DNA of 64,000 nt from Waddliaceae bacterium (GTDB lineage Bacteria; Chlamydiota; Chlamydiia; Chlamydiales; SLFE01), in assembly GCA_963771045.1 (NCBI GenBank), contig CAVYRW010000004.1, forward strand, positions 864,001 through 928,000. Reading direction: 5' to 3'. This document shows positions 63,690-64,000 of this stretch, piece after piece; the first letter of the stretch is position 1, and each line of letters opens with the position of its first letter. The translations under genes were made by a program, and so were the position numbers. Below the pieces are notes generated by a model. It saw only the letters and a program-made list of their open reading frames with translations. It searched no databases and had not been told where the DNA came from.

Positions 63690-64000
63690 TTATTCGTTAC
63701 TTTAGTGTGAGGTTTCAAAGGGAGATGCCTCATGGAGCCTCAAACTTTGATGCGTATGGTTGAGACCCAGGAGTTCGGCATCATACCAAAAAAGGATCTG
63801 AATAAGAGGTATCGACTGGATGTCGAGACTATCAAAGAGATAGGCAACAAAATACTCATGGGCTCGTCTTCTGGATTTCATACCGAAAATAGCTTCCAAA
63901 TCATACAAAGCTACTTTGAAGCCAAAAAAATCTATAAGATACTTAACGGGGTTCTTCCCCGAAGCGTCCAGTGGATAACTCTACCTATTCTTGAAGATAA

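Noticed and set aside
63702..64000. Minus-strand gene end at the window edge
   Set aside because: It is short, has an in-frame stop upstream and shows no motif, so it cannot be supported

Overview
This is a bacterial chromosome segment, very probably from an environmental member of Chlamydiota (Parachlamydiales-like). The placement rests on the rpsA-nusA-infB-rbfA-truB-ribF gene order, a fused double-length UvrA, infC-rpmI-rplT-pheS without pheT, dapL, and LRR and Inc-like proteins. Housekeeping blocks alternate with accessory regions. Five insertion sequences can be delimited to the base: ISAs1, IS4, IS1634 and two unrelated IS256 elements, each IS256 nested inside another IS. Four observations stand out. 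(1) The gap between the htpX-like gene and the aldo-keto reductase gene has an A-x-B'/A'-y-B layout. The duplicated htpX 3' end differs mostly at synonymous sites, which suggests capture of an orthologous locus with different cargo from a relative. (2) An intact but catalytically degenerate ThrRS paralogue occupies the thrS slot before infC and contains a near-consensus internal promoter. (3) The IS1634 element is flanked by a 172-bp target duplication that leaves the GT28-like domain of its target intact. (4) An 832-aa hypothetical protein has a papain-like Cys-His-Asp signature. The many single-base frameshifts in rpsA, uvrA, hppA and dapL are most likely sequencing errors. All family assignments come from motif recognition by eye; no searches were run.
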